64,000 nt of DNA from Bacillota bacterium. GTDB taxonomy: Bacteria; Bacillota; Proteinivoracia; UBA4975. Of this stretch, positions 40,828 through 52,955 are shown in pieces (the stretch's first letter is position 1; each line of letters opens with the position of its first letter). A program made the position numbers and the translations under genes. Location of the stretch: contig JAAYIH010000021.1 of assembly GCA_012523545.1 (NCBI GenBank), positions 4,357 to 68,356 on the forward strand. Direction: 5' to 3'. The notes under the pieces were generated by a model. It saw only the letters and a list, made by a program, of their open reading frames with translations. It had not been told where the DNA came from and ran no database searches.

Positions 40828-41588
40828 CGGTCCTGAACCTCGAACCTGACAATGCGGGTAAATTCCCCGGCGTCCAGGCTGGCTCCCCCCACCAGGGCGC
40901 CGTCGATGTCGGGCTGGGCCATCAAACCGTCGATATTGCTCGCCTTGACGCTGCCCCCGTATAAAATGCGCACGGTATCAGCGGTATCGCCATAAGCCTC
41001 CCGCAACCAGGCGCGGACATAGCCGATGACGGACTGGGCATCCTGAGGGGTGGCGGTGCGGCCGGTGCCGATGGCCCAAACGGGTTCATAGGCAATAATC
41101 AGCCTGGCCGCTGCGCCGGCAGTGAGGCCGGCCAGCGCCCCTTCCAGTTGCCGGCGGCAAACCGCCTGGGTGACCCCTTGTTCCCGCTGCTCCAGGGTCT
41201 CGCCGATACAGAGGATGGGGGTCAGTCCCGCTGCCAGGGCGGCATGGACCTTTTTATTCACCATGGCGTCGTCTTCGCCGAACAGGATGCGGCGCTCGGA
41301 ATGGCCCAGAATTACACAGGTACAACCCAGGTCCTTGAGCATGGCAGCGGAAACCTCGCCGGTGAACGCCCCTTTTTCTTCCCAGTGCATGTTTTGCCCT
41401 CCCACCGCAATAGCGGTGCCCCGCAGCTGGGAACAGGCTTCGGCCAGGGAAGTAAAGGGCGGGCACACGATTACCTCCACGTCTCCGGCTGCAGCCAGAC
41501 TGGCCTTGAGCTGCCCGAGCAGCACCCGGGTTTCGCTGGCGGTCATGTTCATCTTCCAGTTGCCTGCTATAACCGGGCGGCGCATCAC
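40824..41588 (-). CDS. tpiA: Triose-phosphate isomerase
   Basis: [12 protein letters not shown]...; it overlaps pgk and gpmI by 4 nt each. Confidence 0.95.
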   Translation of the reverse strand: MMRRPVIAGNWKMNMTASETRVLLGQLKASLAAAGDVEVIVCPPFTSLAEACSQLRGTAIAVGGQNMHWEEKGAFTGEVSAAMLKDLGCTCVILGHSERRILFGEDDAMVNKKVHAALAAGLTPILCIGETLEQREQGVTQAVCRRQLEGALAGLTAGAAARLIIAYEPVWAIGTGRTATPQDAQSVIGYVRAWLREAYGDTADTVRILYGGSVKASNIDGLMAQPDIDGALVGGASLDAGEFTRIVRFEVQDR

Positions 41589-42784
41589 TTGGCCTCCTTC
41601 AGGAGGATTGTGATACCCGGCAGCTCTTTGCCCTCCAGAAATTCCAGGGAGGCCCCGCCGCCGGTGGAAATGTGGTCGACGGCTTCAGTCTTGCCCAGCT
41701 TCTCCAGGGCGGCGGCAGAATCTCCGCCCCCCACCACCGAAAAGGCCTTGCTTTCGGCCAGGGCCCTGGCCACGGCTTCGGTGCCCAGGGCAAAGGCATC
41801 GAATTCAAAGACGCCCATGGGCCCGTTCCACACCACTGTGGCCGCCCCGGCTATGGCCCTGGCAAATTCCTGCCTGGCCAGCGGCCCGATATCCAGGGCC
41901 ATCCAGCCCTCGGGAACTCCCACCTGGGGAGTGACGATTTGCCGGGCGGCATCGGGGGCAAAGGCGTCGGCGGCCACCACGTCGGCGGGCAGCAACAGGG
42001 ATACTCCCCTTTCCCCGGCCTGGGCCAGCACTTCCCGGGCCAAATCGAACTTGTCTTCCTCCACCTTGGAAGCGCCCATGTTATATCCCTGGGCAGCCAG
42101 GAAGGTGTTGGCCATACCCCCGCCGATGATCAGGGTATCCACCTTCTGCAGCAGGTTGCGCAGGACACCAATTTTATCCGAAACCTTGGCCCCGCCGATT
42201 ATGGCCACAAAGGGCCGCTGCGGAGCGGTGAGGAATTTGCCCAACATGGCGATTTCTTTCTCCATGAGCAAGCCGGCATAGGCGGGGAGGTAATCGGCGA
42301 CGCCCACGGTGCTGGCGTGAGCGCGGTGGGCAGTGCCAAAGGCGTCGTTGACGAAAATGTCGGCTAGTTCCGCCAGTTGGGCAGCGAAGTCCGGGTCGTT
42401 CTTTTCTTCACCGGGATAGAAGCGAATATTCTCCAGCAGCAGGACTTCCCCCACCTGCAACGCGTCAACAGCCTGACGGGCTTCCGGGCCAACACTCTCG
42501 GCGGTCTTGTGCACGGGAATGCCCAGATACTCGCCCAGACGACCGGCTACGGGATCCAGGCGCAATTCTTCTTTGACAGCGCCCTTGGGCCGGCCCAGGT
42601 GGGAAACGAGGATTACCCTGGCGCCGCGCTCCCGGAGGAAGTTAATAGTGGGCAAGGCCGCCCGAATCCGGGTGTCGTCGGTGATTCTGTCCCCGTCCAT
42701 GGGCACGTTGAAATCCACCCGCACCAATACCCTTTTTCCTCTCAGGTCAACATCTCTTATGGTTTTGCATTCCATAGTCGCCAC
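41585..42784 (-). CDS. pgk: Phosphoglycerate kinase
   Basis: [16 protein letters not shown].. is canonical PGK. Confidence 0.95.
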   Translation of the reverse strand: MATMECKTIRDVDLRGKRVLVRVDFNVPMDGDRITDDTRIRAALPTINFLRERGARVILVSHLGRPKGAVKEELRLDPVAGRLGEYLGIPVHKTAESVGPEARQAVDALQVGEVLLLENIRFYPGEEKNDPDFAAQLAELADIFVNDAFGTAHRAHASTVGVADYLPAYAGLLMEKEIAMLGKFLTAPQRPFVAIIGGAKVSDKIGVLRNLLQKVDTLIIGGGMANTFLAAQGYNMGASKVEEDKFDLAREVLAQAGERGVSLLLPADVVAADAFAPDAARQIVTPQVGVPEGWMALDIGPLARQEFARAIAGAATVVWNGPMGVFEFDAFALGTEAVARALAESKAFSVVGGGDSAAALEKLGKTEAVDHISTGGGASLEFLEGKELPGITILLKEAK

Positions 42785-42830
42785 CTCCAGAAAAGAAGTC
42801 CGGCAGGCCGGAGCCTGCCGGCGCCATTAC

Positions 42831-44902
<2,072 letters not shown>

Positions 44903-44914
44903 GGCCCACCTCCG

Positions 44915-44952
44915 GGTCGCGACTTGTCCCGCCGGGATAAAGTGCGTCCCGG
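44915..44952 (-). promoter_or_regulatory. Putative CggR operator (tandem CGGGAC-N6-TGTC-like direct repeat)
   Basis: The minus strand reads CGGGACgcacttTATCccggCGGGACaagtcgCGAC. This matches the Bacillus CggR operator architecture (CGGGAC N6 TGTC N4 CGGGAC N6 TGTC) with degenerate TGTC half-sites. Confidence 0.5.
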
Positions 44953-44979
44953 GCGGGGTAAAAAAATTCCTTTGCTTAT

Positions 44980-45009
44980 AGTGTAGCAAGTTTTCGGAGG
45001 CGGTGCAAG
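44980..45009 (-). promoter_or_regulatory. Putative sigma-A promoter of the cggR-gap operon
   Basis: Minus strand TTGCAC-N17/18-TACACT, just upstream of the operator. Confidence 0.35.
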
Positions 45010-45032
45010 CTCCCGGCCCTGAAAATTACCTG

Positions 45033-46409
45033 TTATGCCCAGCGCCGGCGCAGAGCGGAATTGGGAATTTGCAGTTCTTCCCGGTACTTGGCCACTGTAC
45101 GGCGGGAAATCTTGATGCCCATGCGTTGCAGGGTTTCGGCCAGTTGCTGGTCAGTCAGGGGGCAGCTGGGGTCCTCTCTTTCCACCAGTTCCTGCAATTG
45201 TTTTTTTACCCCGGTGCTGGAAGCACCGCTGCCGTCTGCAGTCTCCAGGTTGGCGGAAAAGAAGTACTTGAACTCAAAGATGCCCCGGGGCGTCTGGATG
45301 TACTTGCCGCTGAGCGCCCGGCTGACAGTGGATTCGTGTATGTCCAGGGCGTCGGCCACGTCTTTGATGCGCAGGGGACGCAGGTACTTCACTCCCTTTG
45401 CAAAGAAAGCGCGCTGATAATCCAGGATAAACTCGGTAATCCGGTACAAAGTGGTTCGGCGCTGTTCCAGGGACTTCAGCAACCACAGGGCCGAATTGAA
45501 CTTGTCCCGGAGAAACTTTTTGGCTTCCTCACCGTCGGCGGAGCGCAGGAGGCGATAGTAGAGCGGATTGAGCCTAAGCCGCGGGCCCTGGCCGTCGTTG
45601 ATCATGATAATCCACTCCCCGCCCGCGGCGAGGACGGTAACATCGGGGAAAATATAGGCTGGAGGAACTTCCTGGTCCAGGCTCAGCCCCGGTTTGGGCT
45701 CCAGCCCCTTAATGTAGTCCACCGCCCTTTGCACGTCGGCAATGTCGGCGCCCAGGACTTCGGCCAGCGCCGGGATTCTGCCCCTGGCCACCCAGTCCAG
45801 GTGCCGGCACACAATCTCCCAGGCCCAGGGCGGCACATCGTCCCGGGCGCTTAACTGCAGCAGCAAACACTCCCGCAAATTCCGGGCGCCGACGCCGGCG
45901 GGTTCCAGCCCCTGGACAGCTGCCAGGGCGGCCAGCACCTGGTCCTCGCCGACCCGGAGCTGGCGGGCGATTTCACAGCAGGGCTGGTGCAAATAGCCGC
46001 AGTGGTCAAGGTTGTCGATGATGTACGCAGCAATATCTGCTATGTCCCTGGCCAGCGGCAGCAGGCGGAGTTGCTGGAGCAGGCGCTGGGACAGGGTGGA
46101 CCGGGCAGCGACAAATTGCTCAAAAGTCTCCCGCCGACCGGCTTCCCGGTTAGGGGGCTCACCCACATCGCTGCGGTCCTGGAAGTACAGCTCCCAGTCA
46201 ATGTCAAAGAGCTCGTCCTCCTCGCCATTTGCGACGGGTTCTTCCTCGCCCTCCTCCAGTTCCAGCATGGGGTTCTCCAGGTATTGCTGGTCCAGGTACG
46301 CGATGAGTTCCAATGCGGGCAGTTGCAGCAATTCCAGGGCTTGCCGCAACTGGGGAGTCATCAACAATTTTTGGGTCTGGCGCAATTCCAAACTGTATTC
46401 AAGCCTCAT
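45033..46409 (-). CDS. rpoN: RNA polymerase sigma-54 factor
   Basis: ATG at 46409 after GGGGGTG. An N-terminal Gln/Leu-rich activator-interaction region and a C-terminal RpoN box (..ARRTVAKYRE..) are present. Confidence 0.9.
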   Translation of the reverse strand: MRLEYSLELRQTQKLLMTPQLRQALELLQLPALELIAYLDQQYLENPMLELEEGEEEPVANGEEDELFDIDWELYFQDRSDVGEPPNREAGRRETFEQFVAARSTLSQRLLQQLRLLPLARDIADIAAYIIDNLDHCGYLHQPCCEIARQLRVGEDQVLAALAAVQGLEPAGVGARNLRECLLLQLSARDDVPPWAWEIVCRHLDWVARGRIPALAEVLGADIADVQRAVDYIKGLEPKPGLSLDQEVPPAYIFPDVTVLAAGGEWIIMINDGQGPRLRLNPLYYRLLRSADGEEAKKFLRDKFNSALWLLKSLEQRRTTLYRITEFILDYQRAFFAKGVKYLRPLRIKDVADALDIHESTVSRALSGKYIQTPRGIFEFKYFFSANLETADGSGASSTGVKKQLQELVEREDPSCPLTDQQLAETLQRMGIKISRRTVAKYREELQIPNSALRRRWA

Positions 46410-46603
46410 TGCTGCACCCCCTTTATACTGTATATTCGTGGGCGACAAGTTTTTTCCTGCAAGAATGATGCCAAACAAAAATTGCCGCCCGGCGGCGGCT
46501 GCACCTTTCCCTTGACAATTGTATCAATATCTGCAAGAATAACTTGGTAAGCCATATTTTATTGAGCAGAAAATGCCGCTGCTTTGGAGGGAGGTCATAG
46601 ATC

Positions 46604-46801
46604 ATGAAAAAGGGTATTCATCCCAAGTACTACAAAGTAAAGGCCACTTGCGCCTGCGGTGCGGAATACGAAACCGGTTCCACCAAGGAAACCATCCGCG
46701 TTGACATTTGTTCCAATTGCCATCCCTTCTTTACCGGTGTGCAGAAAATCGTCGACGCCACCGGCCGGGTGGAAAAATTCAACAAAAAATATAACCGCTA
46801 A
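46604..46801 (+). CDS. rpmE: 50S ribosomal protein L31
   Basis: [29 protein letters not shown]...[10 protein letters not shown]. The RBS is GGAGGGAGG. Confidence 0.9.
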   Translation: MKKGIHPKYYKVKATCACGAEYETGSTKETIRVDICSNCHPFFTGVQKIVDATGRVEKFNKKYNR

Positions 46802-46808
46802 TAATAAA

Positions 46809-46838
46809 TACCCGCCCTGTGACGGGTATTTTTTTTGC
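46809..46838 (+). terminator. Rho-independent terminator of rpmE
   Basis: tacccgccctgtgacgggta followed by TTTTTTTT. Confidence 0.6.
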
Positions 46839-46915
46839 CGGTAAAATAAAGGGCTTTTCCTCAATATGCAGAAAAAGAAAACAGGGGAAAAGACAAGAAC
46901 TTAAGGAGAGAAGCC

Positions 46916-48256
46916 ATGGACGCTCATGTGCAAACTGCCAAAAAAGGCAAGTCCCGGCAGCCTTCTGCTTTCAGCTTGCCCGGGTCCGGCATACAGAAAT
47001 ACCGGTTTGTCCTGGCCGGATTGCTGTTTATACTGCTGCCCTTCCTGTGGGCATTCATCTTCCTGCTGCCCGGCAATCTGTTGGCATTTTTGCGGCTGCC
47101 CGCATTACCCGGTGGGGGAAGCAGTTTTTCCCCCGGCCTCGGGACTCCCGTCTTTATACTGACGGGGTGCTGGCTGCTGTGGAAACCCCGGTCGGCCAGG
47201 CCGGCGGCGCTGGCCATGGCCTTTACGCCTCTGCAGAAGCCCGTGGCCTTCCTCGTACTCATTGGATTTTCCCCGGCTTTTCCCGCTCTGTTGCTGTTAT
47301 GCGGCCTGGCGGCAGCAGTATTGGCGGCGCTATTGTGGAAACCCCTCGACGCGCCTGCCAAACCAGGCAAACTGCAGGTAATCGCCGTTGCCTTGATCGC
47401 CCTCTCTTTTCTCCATATGCCGGGGCTGTTTGTCCTGTCGCGCATCGAGGCAATGCAGGAACATGCCGAACCCTTCTGGGGACCAAGGCTGCAAGCAGCG
47501 CAGTTGCCGGAACAAGTTCCCGCAGGTTACACCCACAGACACTTGCTGGGGGTCGCCTTCAGCCTGCCCTCTGACAATTGGCAAATCGCCGCCTTCGAGC
47601 CCCGGGAAAGCACTTGTATCCTGGTTTCCGGCGATAACCTGGTGCAACTGGAAAACCCCGCCTTTGCACATATCCTTTACGACGACATGTACTATTTGCT
47701 GGAAAAGGATGCGGCAACCCTGGAACAAAAATCCCTGACTAGCCCCTGCATGGTGTACTCATTGTTCCGGCTCATTGAGGACTGTCCCGCAGGGGTGTAC
47801 AAGTTCTGCAAAGATAATTGCACCGGCTTCGCAGTTCTCAACAGTTACGCAAGCAGGATCAAGCTCTACTCCGACGACGGCGCCCAATCCGCTGAGATAT
47901 ATTTGCGCCACGGCTCTTCGGCGCCGGACTTATTCGCCGTTGCCGCCAGCATGGAGTTTGCAGCTCCTGCCCCGGCAGACCGGTATTTTGCCCAGGGCCA
48001 AGCGTGTTTGCTCAGCAACGACATTATTGGCGCCCAGTTCGCCTTTGCCAACGCCTGCTGGCTGGAACCGGACAATCCGGAATACCTGTTTATGCTGGCC
48101 GGGGCAATCAGCGAGAATACCCGGCCCGACGGAACCCGGGGCGGCATTTACCTGGCGACGGCCAGGCACCTGCTGAAACAAGCCCTGGAGATAAGCCCGG
48201 AGTACATGGAGGCAGTGGAACTCCTGGAAGCATTGACCGCCCTGGAGGAAGAATAA
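46916..48256 (+). CDS. Hypothetical polytopic membrane protein with a C-terminal TPR-like soluble domain
   Basis: AAGGAGAG RBS. An N-terminal region with 4-6 transmembrane helices is followed by a soluble domain ending in TPR-like helices. Confidence 0.45.
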   Translation: MDAHVQTAKKGKSRQPSAFSLPGSGIQKYRFVLAGLLFILLPFLWAFIFLLPGNLLAFLRLPALPGGGSSFSPGLGTPVFILTGCWLLWKPRSARPAALAMAFTPLQKPVAFLVLIGFSPAFPALLLLCGLAAAVLAALLWKPLDAPAKPGKLQVIAVALIALSFLHMPGLFVLSRIEAMQEHAEPFWGPRLQAAQLPEQVPAGYTHRHLLGVAFSLPSDNWQIAAFEPRESTCILVSGDNLVQLENPAFAHILYDDMYYLLEKDAATLEQKSLTSPCMVYSLFRLIEDCPAGVYKFCKDNCTGFAVLNSYASRIKLYSDDGAQSAEIYLRHGSSAPDLFAVAASMEFAAPAPADRYFAQGQACLLSNDIIGAQFAFANACWLEPDNPEYLFMLAGAISENTRPDGTRGGIYLATARHLLKQALEISPEYMEAVELLEALTALEEE

Positions 48257-48296
48257 ACCCCGACACAAAAAACCAGGCCGACCCGTCCGGGCCGGC

Positions 48297-49358
48297 CTAG
48301 TTTTTGTCCTGCTCGATGTAAATGCTGCGCGAAGGCAGGGCCAGAGAGGCGCCCTCTTCTTCCAGGATTTTCATGATTGCGAAGAGGATTGACTCTTTGG
48401 CTTCCAGCCATCTTGCCCTGACAGTTGTCTTGGTGAAGAAGTAGACCAGTATTTCCAAACTGCTCTCGCCAAACTTGTCGAGGTTGACAAAAATCGTATC
48501 CGGATGGACCTGGTCGTGGTTGGCCAACAATTCCCTGATCCGGTCCAGACAACGCTGCAGCACGTCCCGGGGGGTGGAATACCGCACCCGCAGGTTGAAG
48601 GAAACGCGGCGCTTCCCCATCCTGCTCCAGTTGGTGATGGGCTGTTTGGCCAGGATCGAGTTGGGCATGGTGATGAGGGCGTGGGCAAAGGTGCGCACCT
48701 TGGTGCTGCGAAAAGTGATGTCTTCCACCGTGCCCTCCACATCCCCGGACACAATCCAGTCGCCGATGGTAAAGGGCTTTTCCGTTAAAATGACGATGCC
48801 GCCGAACACGTTGGCAATGGTGTCCTGGGCCGCCAGGGCAAAGGCCAGGCCGCCGATGCCCAGGCCGGCGACAAAACCGGTGATATCGTACCCCCACTCC
48901 TGGACCAGGATGGTGAAACTGATGGCGAAGATAATTGCCCTGATGGTCTTGGAAAGCAGCGAGAGAAAGAGTTTGTCTAAATCGTAGGCGGAGCCGAGCT
49001 TGATCAGCAGCCCCGAAGTGGAGTCCACCAGGTTGTACAGCCCCTGGGCTATGAAAATAATAAGGGCGCTGCGAAACAGGCGGGTGAGGAAAAACTGGTA
49101 ATCGGGGTTTTCCAGCAAGTACAGGCCCGCCAGGTACAGCCCCGTACAGATGATGATCCGGGCCAGGGGCTTTTTAAAGGCCAGGACCAGCTTTTCATCG
49201 TAATCGGCCTCGGTTTTGGCGGTTAAATAGAGCAGAAAGCGGACTATGTACCGGGAAAAAATGCGGCTCAGGGCATAGAAGAGCAGGACCAGGCCCAGGG
49301 CAATGGTGTATTCCCGCAGGTATTCCTTCCAGAAATCAATCAAATTGGCCAGGTTCAC
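48297..49358 (-). CDS. Mechanosensitive ion channel (MscS family)
   Basis: Three transmembrane helices followed by the MscS beta domain (..FTIGDWIVSGDVEGTVEDITFRSTKVRT..). Confidence 0.85.
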   Translation of the reverse strand: MNLANLIDFWKEYLREYTIALGLVLLFYALSRIFSRYIVRFLLYLTAKTEADYDEKLVLAFKKPLARIIICTGLYLAGLYLLENPDYQFFLTRLFRSALIIFIAQGLYNLVDSTSGLLIKLGSAYDLDKLFLSLLSKTIRAIIFAISFTILVQEWGYDITGFVAGLGIGGLAFALAAQDTIANVFGGIVILTEKPFTIGDWIVSGDVEGTVEDITFRSTKVRTFAHALITMPNSILAKQPITNWSRMGKRRVSFNLRVRYSTPRDVLQRCLDRIRELLANHDQVHPDTIFVNLDKFGESSLEILVYFFTKTTVRARWLEAKESILFAIMKILEEEGASLALPSRSIYIEQDKN

Positions 49359-49449
49359 GGCAATCCTCCTTCATCCTGGTTTTGACCGGCCTGTACACGC
49401 CAACACGGGCCGGGTAGCAGCAAGCCGACGCACAGCGTCGGCCTGTTTT

Positions 49450-49710
49450 TTACTCCTCTAAGGATTCCACCAGTTCCACCAGGGCGTCAACGGCCTGCTG
49501 AGCGTCTTCCCCCTGGGCCTTGATGGTGATTTCGGTACCCTGACTGACGGCCAGGGACATAACCCCCATGATGCTCTTGGCGCTTACTTCTTTTTCGCCC
49601 TTAACTATGCTGATTTCACTTTTGAACTGGTTGGCCTTTTGCACAAACAACGCCGCAGGGCGGGCGTGAAGACCTGTTTTGTTGCGCACTGTTACTTTTC
49701 TTTCTGCCAT
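49450..49710 (-). CDS. ptsH: Phosphocarrier protein HPr
   Basis: GLHARPAA contains the His15 site, and KSIMGVMSL contains the Ser46 site. The presence of His15 indicates HPr rather than Crh. It sits downstream of whiA, as crh does in Bacillus. Confidence 0.85.
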   Translation of the reverse strand: MAERKVTVRNKTGLHARPAALFVQKANQFKSEISIVKGEKEVSAKSIMGVMSLAVSQGTEITIKAQGEDAQQAVDALVELVESLEE

Positions 49711-50690
49711 AATTTCTCCCCTTCATGCTTTTTTGCCATTATACTATAAATCTCTCTCGGTGTCAGGTCTTTCCCCGCCAATTCCATGAGCCGGCGCAGG
49801 CGATAATTCACCGCCGACTTGGATAAAGGCGGATTGGCGGCCTGTCCCAGTTCCTCCAGGCTTGCCTCGGGGTACTCCAACCGCAGGCGCGCCACCTGGC
49901 GCAGGCGGGGGTTGAGGGATTCCAGCCCCCCCTGGGCGGCCAGGCGCTTGATGGCAGCCACCTGGCGCTGGGCCGCCGCCACCGTCTTGTTGACGTTGGC
50001 TGTTTCACAGTTTACCAGGCGGTTGACTGTGTTGCGGATTTCTTTGTAGATGCGGGCGTTTTCCAGGGCCAGGCGGCCCTGGTGGCTGCCCATTAAGGTG
50101 AGGAGGGTGGCAATCTGTTCCGAGTCTTTGAGATAAACCACATGTTGCTGTTTGCGGGGAACGATGCCGCTCTTCAGGTCCATGTGCGCCAGGAGGGAAC
50201 GTATGTTTTCGGCATGAAAACGTAGTTCGGTGGCGATCTCCAGGTGATAGCCGTTGACGCGGGGGTCGCTGACGGAACCCCCGGCCAAAAAACACCCGCG
50301 CAGGTACGCCCTCTGGCAGCAGGGGCGGTGGAAAATTTCCTCTATCCGCTTGTTCCTGGCCTCGACGATGCCCAAAGCCCGCACGATTTCCTCGGCCTGG
50401 CTCGCCTGGGCAATTTTGACCAGGTAACTGAGATTTTTTCGCAACCGCGCCTTTTTGCGGACCATAATCACCGGGGCGATGCCGAATTCCCGCTTCAGCA
50501 ATACGTACAGGCGCCTGGCGATATAGGCGTGCTCGGTGACTATGTTGAGGGCATACTGCCGCCTGCCCATGAGCTGCAAGTTGCCGTTGGTGGTTATAAA
50601 TGCGGCCAGCTCGGCGCGGCAACAGCAACTCCGGGACATTTCCAGGCGGCACAGCTCCGACTTAATAGCTGCAGTAAAGGATATGGCCAT
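49692..50690 (-). CDS. whiA: Sporulation/cell-division transcription regulator WhiA
   Basis: ATG at 50690 after GGAGGAGGGG. The N-terminus is MAISFTAAIKSEL.., followed by LAGLIDADG-like repeats and a C-terminal HTH. Confidence 0.9.
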   Translation of the reverse strand: MAISFTAAIKSELCRLEMSRSCCCRAELAAFITTNGNLQLMGRRQYALNIVTEHAYIARRLYVLLKREFGIAPVIMVRKKARLRKNLSYLVKIAQASQAEEIVRALGIVEARNKRIEEIFHRPCCQRAYLRGCFLAGGSVSDPRVNGYHLEIATELRFHAENIRSLLAHMDLKSGIVPRKQQHVVYLKDSEQIATLLTLMGSHQGRLALENARIYKEIRNTVNRLVNCETANVNKTVAAAQRQVAAIKRLAAQGGLESLNPRLRQVARLRLEYPEASLEELGQAANPPLSKSAVNYRLRRLMELAGKDLTPREIYSIMAKKHEGEKLWQKEK

Positions 50691-50716
50691 GGCCGTCCCC
50701 TCCTCCGTCTGTTGAG

Positions 50717-52060
50717 CTATACTCCCTCCTTGGGGGGAGTGCGCAGCTGGGCTTCCAGGAGCAACAGGTCCAGAAATCTGGACGGTTTGTAAGATTCTGC
50801 GACAGTGCGGGACAACAAACACCGCGCCAAAGCGTCGGGGTTGTGCCAGGCCACCAGGCCGGTTTGCAAAAAATTGGCGGCTATAATCCTGACCCTCAGT
50901 TTGCGCAGGTTATCCCAGTCAACCCTGACCTGCTCGGCGCCCTCCTGGGCATATCTTTCCATGACGTCGCCGGGCGCCGGCTGGTTGTTGACCACTATGT
51001 AGTCAAAAAGCCCCGGCCCGACATGATCGTAAATGGCTTTGAGGTGGTCGGAAGCCGTATAGGATCGGGTCTCGCCGGCTTCGGTCATGATGTTGCAGAC
51101 ATAAAACTTGAGCGCCTTGCTGGCGCGGATGGCCTCGGTCACGCCACCCACCAGCAGGTTGGGCAACAGGCTGGTGTACAAGCTGCCCGGGCCTACTACG
51201 ATGGCATCTGCATCGGCTATAGCAGCCAGCACTTCCGGGGTGGCCCTGCATTCGCCGGGAACCACTTCCAGGCGCTTAATGGGCGCTTCGGCACGCCCGA
51301 TATTGCTTTCCCCTTCGATGACCCGGCCGTCTGCGCAAGTGGCACGAAGCCTGACATTGTACCCCGTCACCGGCAGAACCCTGCCGCGAATGGCCAGGAC
51401 CTTGCCGGATTCCAGGACGGCTTGCTGGAAGCCCAACATCTGGGCCATGGCGGCCAGGAACAGGTTGCCGAAACTGTGGCCGCTGAGCCCGTCGCCGCTC
51501 TGAAACCGGTATTGAAATAACCGTTCCAGGAGGGGTTCGGTGTCGGCCAGGGCCACCAGGCAATTGCGTATGTCGCCGGGAGGCGGAATGCCCAGTTCCC
51601 CCCGGAGAATGCCAGAGCTGCCGCCGTCGTCGGCGACGGTAACCACCGCGGTAATGTTGCTGGTAAAATGCTTGAGACCCCGCAGCAACGTGGACATACC
51701 CGTGCCCCCGCCTAGCACCACGATGCGGGGACCCCGGCGCAAGTAACGGGACTGGTACAAAACGTCCACCATCTTTTCGTTTCTGGGCACAACTCCGCCT
51801 AGCAAAGAGCGCAGAAAACCCAGCCAGGCAACTATGATAACGGCCATACCCAGGAACAGGATGGCAACCAGCAACACCCACTGGCCTCCGCTCAAAGAAA
51901 GGAAGAAGGCCAAAACTCTGCCTGCAAGCCCCCGCAACCCGGACAGGCCGATAATCAGGGCCAAACTGGCGCCCAGGACAATGACAAAGCCCGTCATGAG
52001 GAGGAGAAGCCAGCGCTTGATCCCCAGTCCGGGGTAGAGGAGTTTCAGTATCCGCTTCAC
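50717..52060 (-). CDS. yvcK: Gluconeogenesis factor YvcK (CofD/UPF0052 family) with an N-terminal membrane extension
   Basis: The CofD-like domain begins at ..PRIVVLGGGTGMSTLLRGL. It is preceded by about 110 aa containing 3-4 hydrophobic helices. Confidence 0.85.
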   Translation of the reverse strand: MKRILKLLYPGLGIKRWLLLLMTGFVIVLGASLALIIGLSGLRGLAGRVLAFFLSLSGGQWVLLVAILFLGMAVIIVAWLGFLRSLLGGVVPRNEKMVDVLYQSRYLRRGPRIVVLGGGTGMSTLLRGLKHFTSNITAVVTVADDGGSSGILRGELGIPPPGDIRNCLVALADTEPLLERLFQYRFQSGDGLSGHSFGNLFLAAMAQMLGFQQAVLESGKVLAIRGRVLPVTGYNVRLRATCADGRVIEGESNIGRAEAPIKRLEVVPGECRATPEVLAAIADADAIVVGPGSLYTSLLPNLLVGGVTEAIRASKALKFYVCNIMTEAGETRSYTASDHLKAIYDHVGPGLFDYIVVNNQPAPGDVMERYAQEGAEQVRVDWDNLRKLRVRIIAANFLQTGLVAWHNPDALARCLLSRTVAESYKPSRFLDLLLLEAQLRTPPKEGV

Positions 52061-52071
52061 TTCTTTCCCTC

Positions 52072-52920
52072 CTATGCCCGATCCTTATCTCTGTGCAAAA
52101 CGGTGACCTTTTGGCCCAGTTCGGCAAAAAAGGCGCTGAGGATGTTGGCAATGGTCACCGAACGATGCTTGCCGCCGGTGCAGCCTACGGCGACAATAAG
52201 CTGGGTCTTGCCCTCGTCTATATAACAGGGGACCAGGAAACTGAGCAAGTCCTTGAGCTTTTTTATAAACTGGTGGGTGATGGTCCAGCCCAGCACGTAG
52301 TCCCTGACGGCCTGCTCTTCGCCGCTGAGATCCCTCAGGGCCTCGTGGTAATGGGGATTGGGCAGGAAGCGCACGTCGAAGACCAGGTCGGCATCCATGG
52401 GCAGACCGTACTTGAAACCAAAGGAAATCACAGTGACATTGAGCAACTTGCCCTTGACGCCGTCCCGGGCGAAAAGGGAAAACAGTTTTTGCCGCAACTC
52501 TGCCGCCTGCAGGGCTGAAGTGTCCAGGATGACATCCGCCCTCCCCCGCAGAAGAGCCATGCGCTGTCGCTCCTGCTCGATTCCCTGTTCAATGCTGCCC
52601 TCGGGGGTGAGGGGGTGATTGCGCCGGCTTTCCTTGAAGCGGCGCACCAGAGTTGCGCTGTTGGCCTCCAGAAAGAGAATCTGGACGGGATGGGCCAAAT
52701 CCGCCAGCAGTTTTTCCAGTTCGTCAAAGAAGTGGCCGCCGCGGACGTCCACCACCGCAGCCACCTTGGTTATCTGAGTGGACTGCTCGCAAAGCTCGAT
52801 GAACTTGGGCAACAGTTGGGGCGGCAGGTTGTCCACACAGTAATAGCCCATATCCTCGAAGGCATGCATGGCCACGGTTTTCCCGGCGCCGGACATGCCC
52901 GTTATGATGACGATATGCAT
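52072..52920 (-). CDS. rapZ: RNase adapter protein RapZ (YvcJ)
   Basis: ATG at 52920 after GGGGGTG. The N-terminus is MHIVIITGMSGAGKTVA.. Confidence 0.9.
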   Translation of the reverse strand: MHIVIITGMSGAGKTVAMHAFEDMGYYCVDNLPPQLLPKFIELCEQSTQITKVAAVVDVRGGHFFDELEKLLADLAHPVQILFLEANSATLVRRFKESRRNHPLTPEGSIEQGIEQERQRMALLRGRADVILDTSALQAAELRQKLFSLFARDGVKGKLLNVTVISFGFKYGLPMDADLVFDVRFLPNPHYHEALRDLSGEEQAVRDYVLGWTITHQFIKKLKDLLSFLVPCYIDEGKTQLIVAVGCTGGKHRSVTIANILSAFFAELGQKVTVLHRDKDRA

Positions 52921-52955
52921 TGAATCACCCCCTGCCAAGCTCTGCACCGGCTTTG

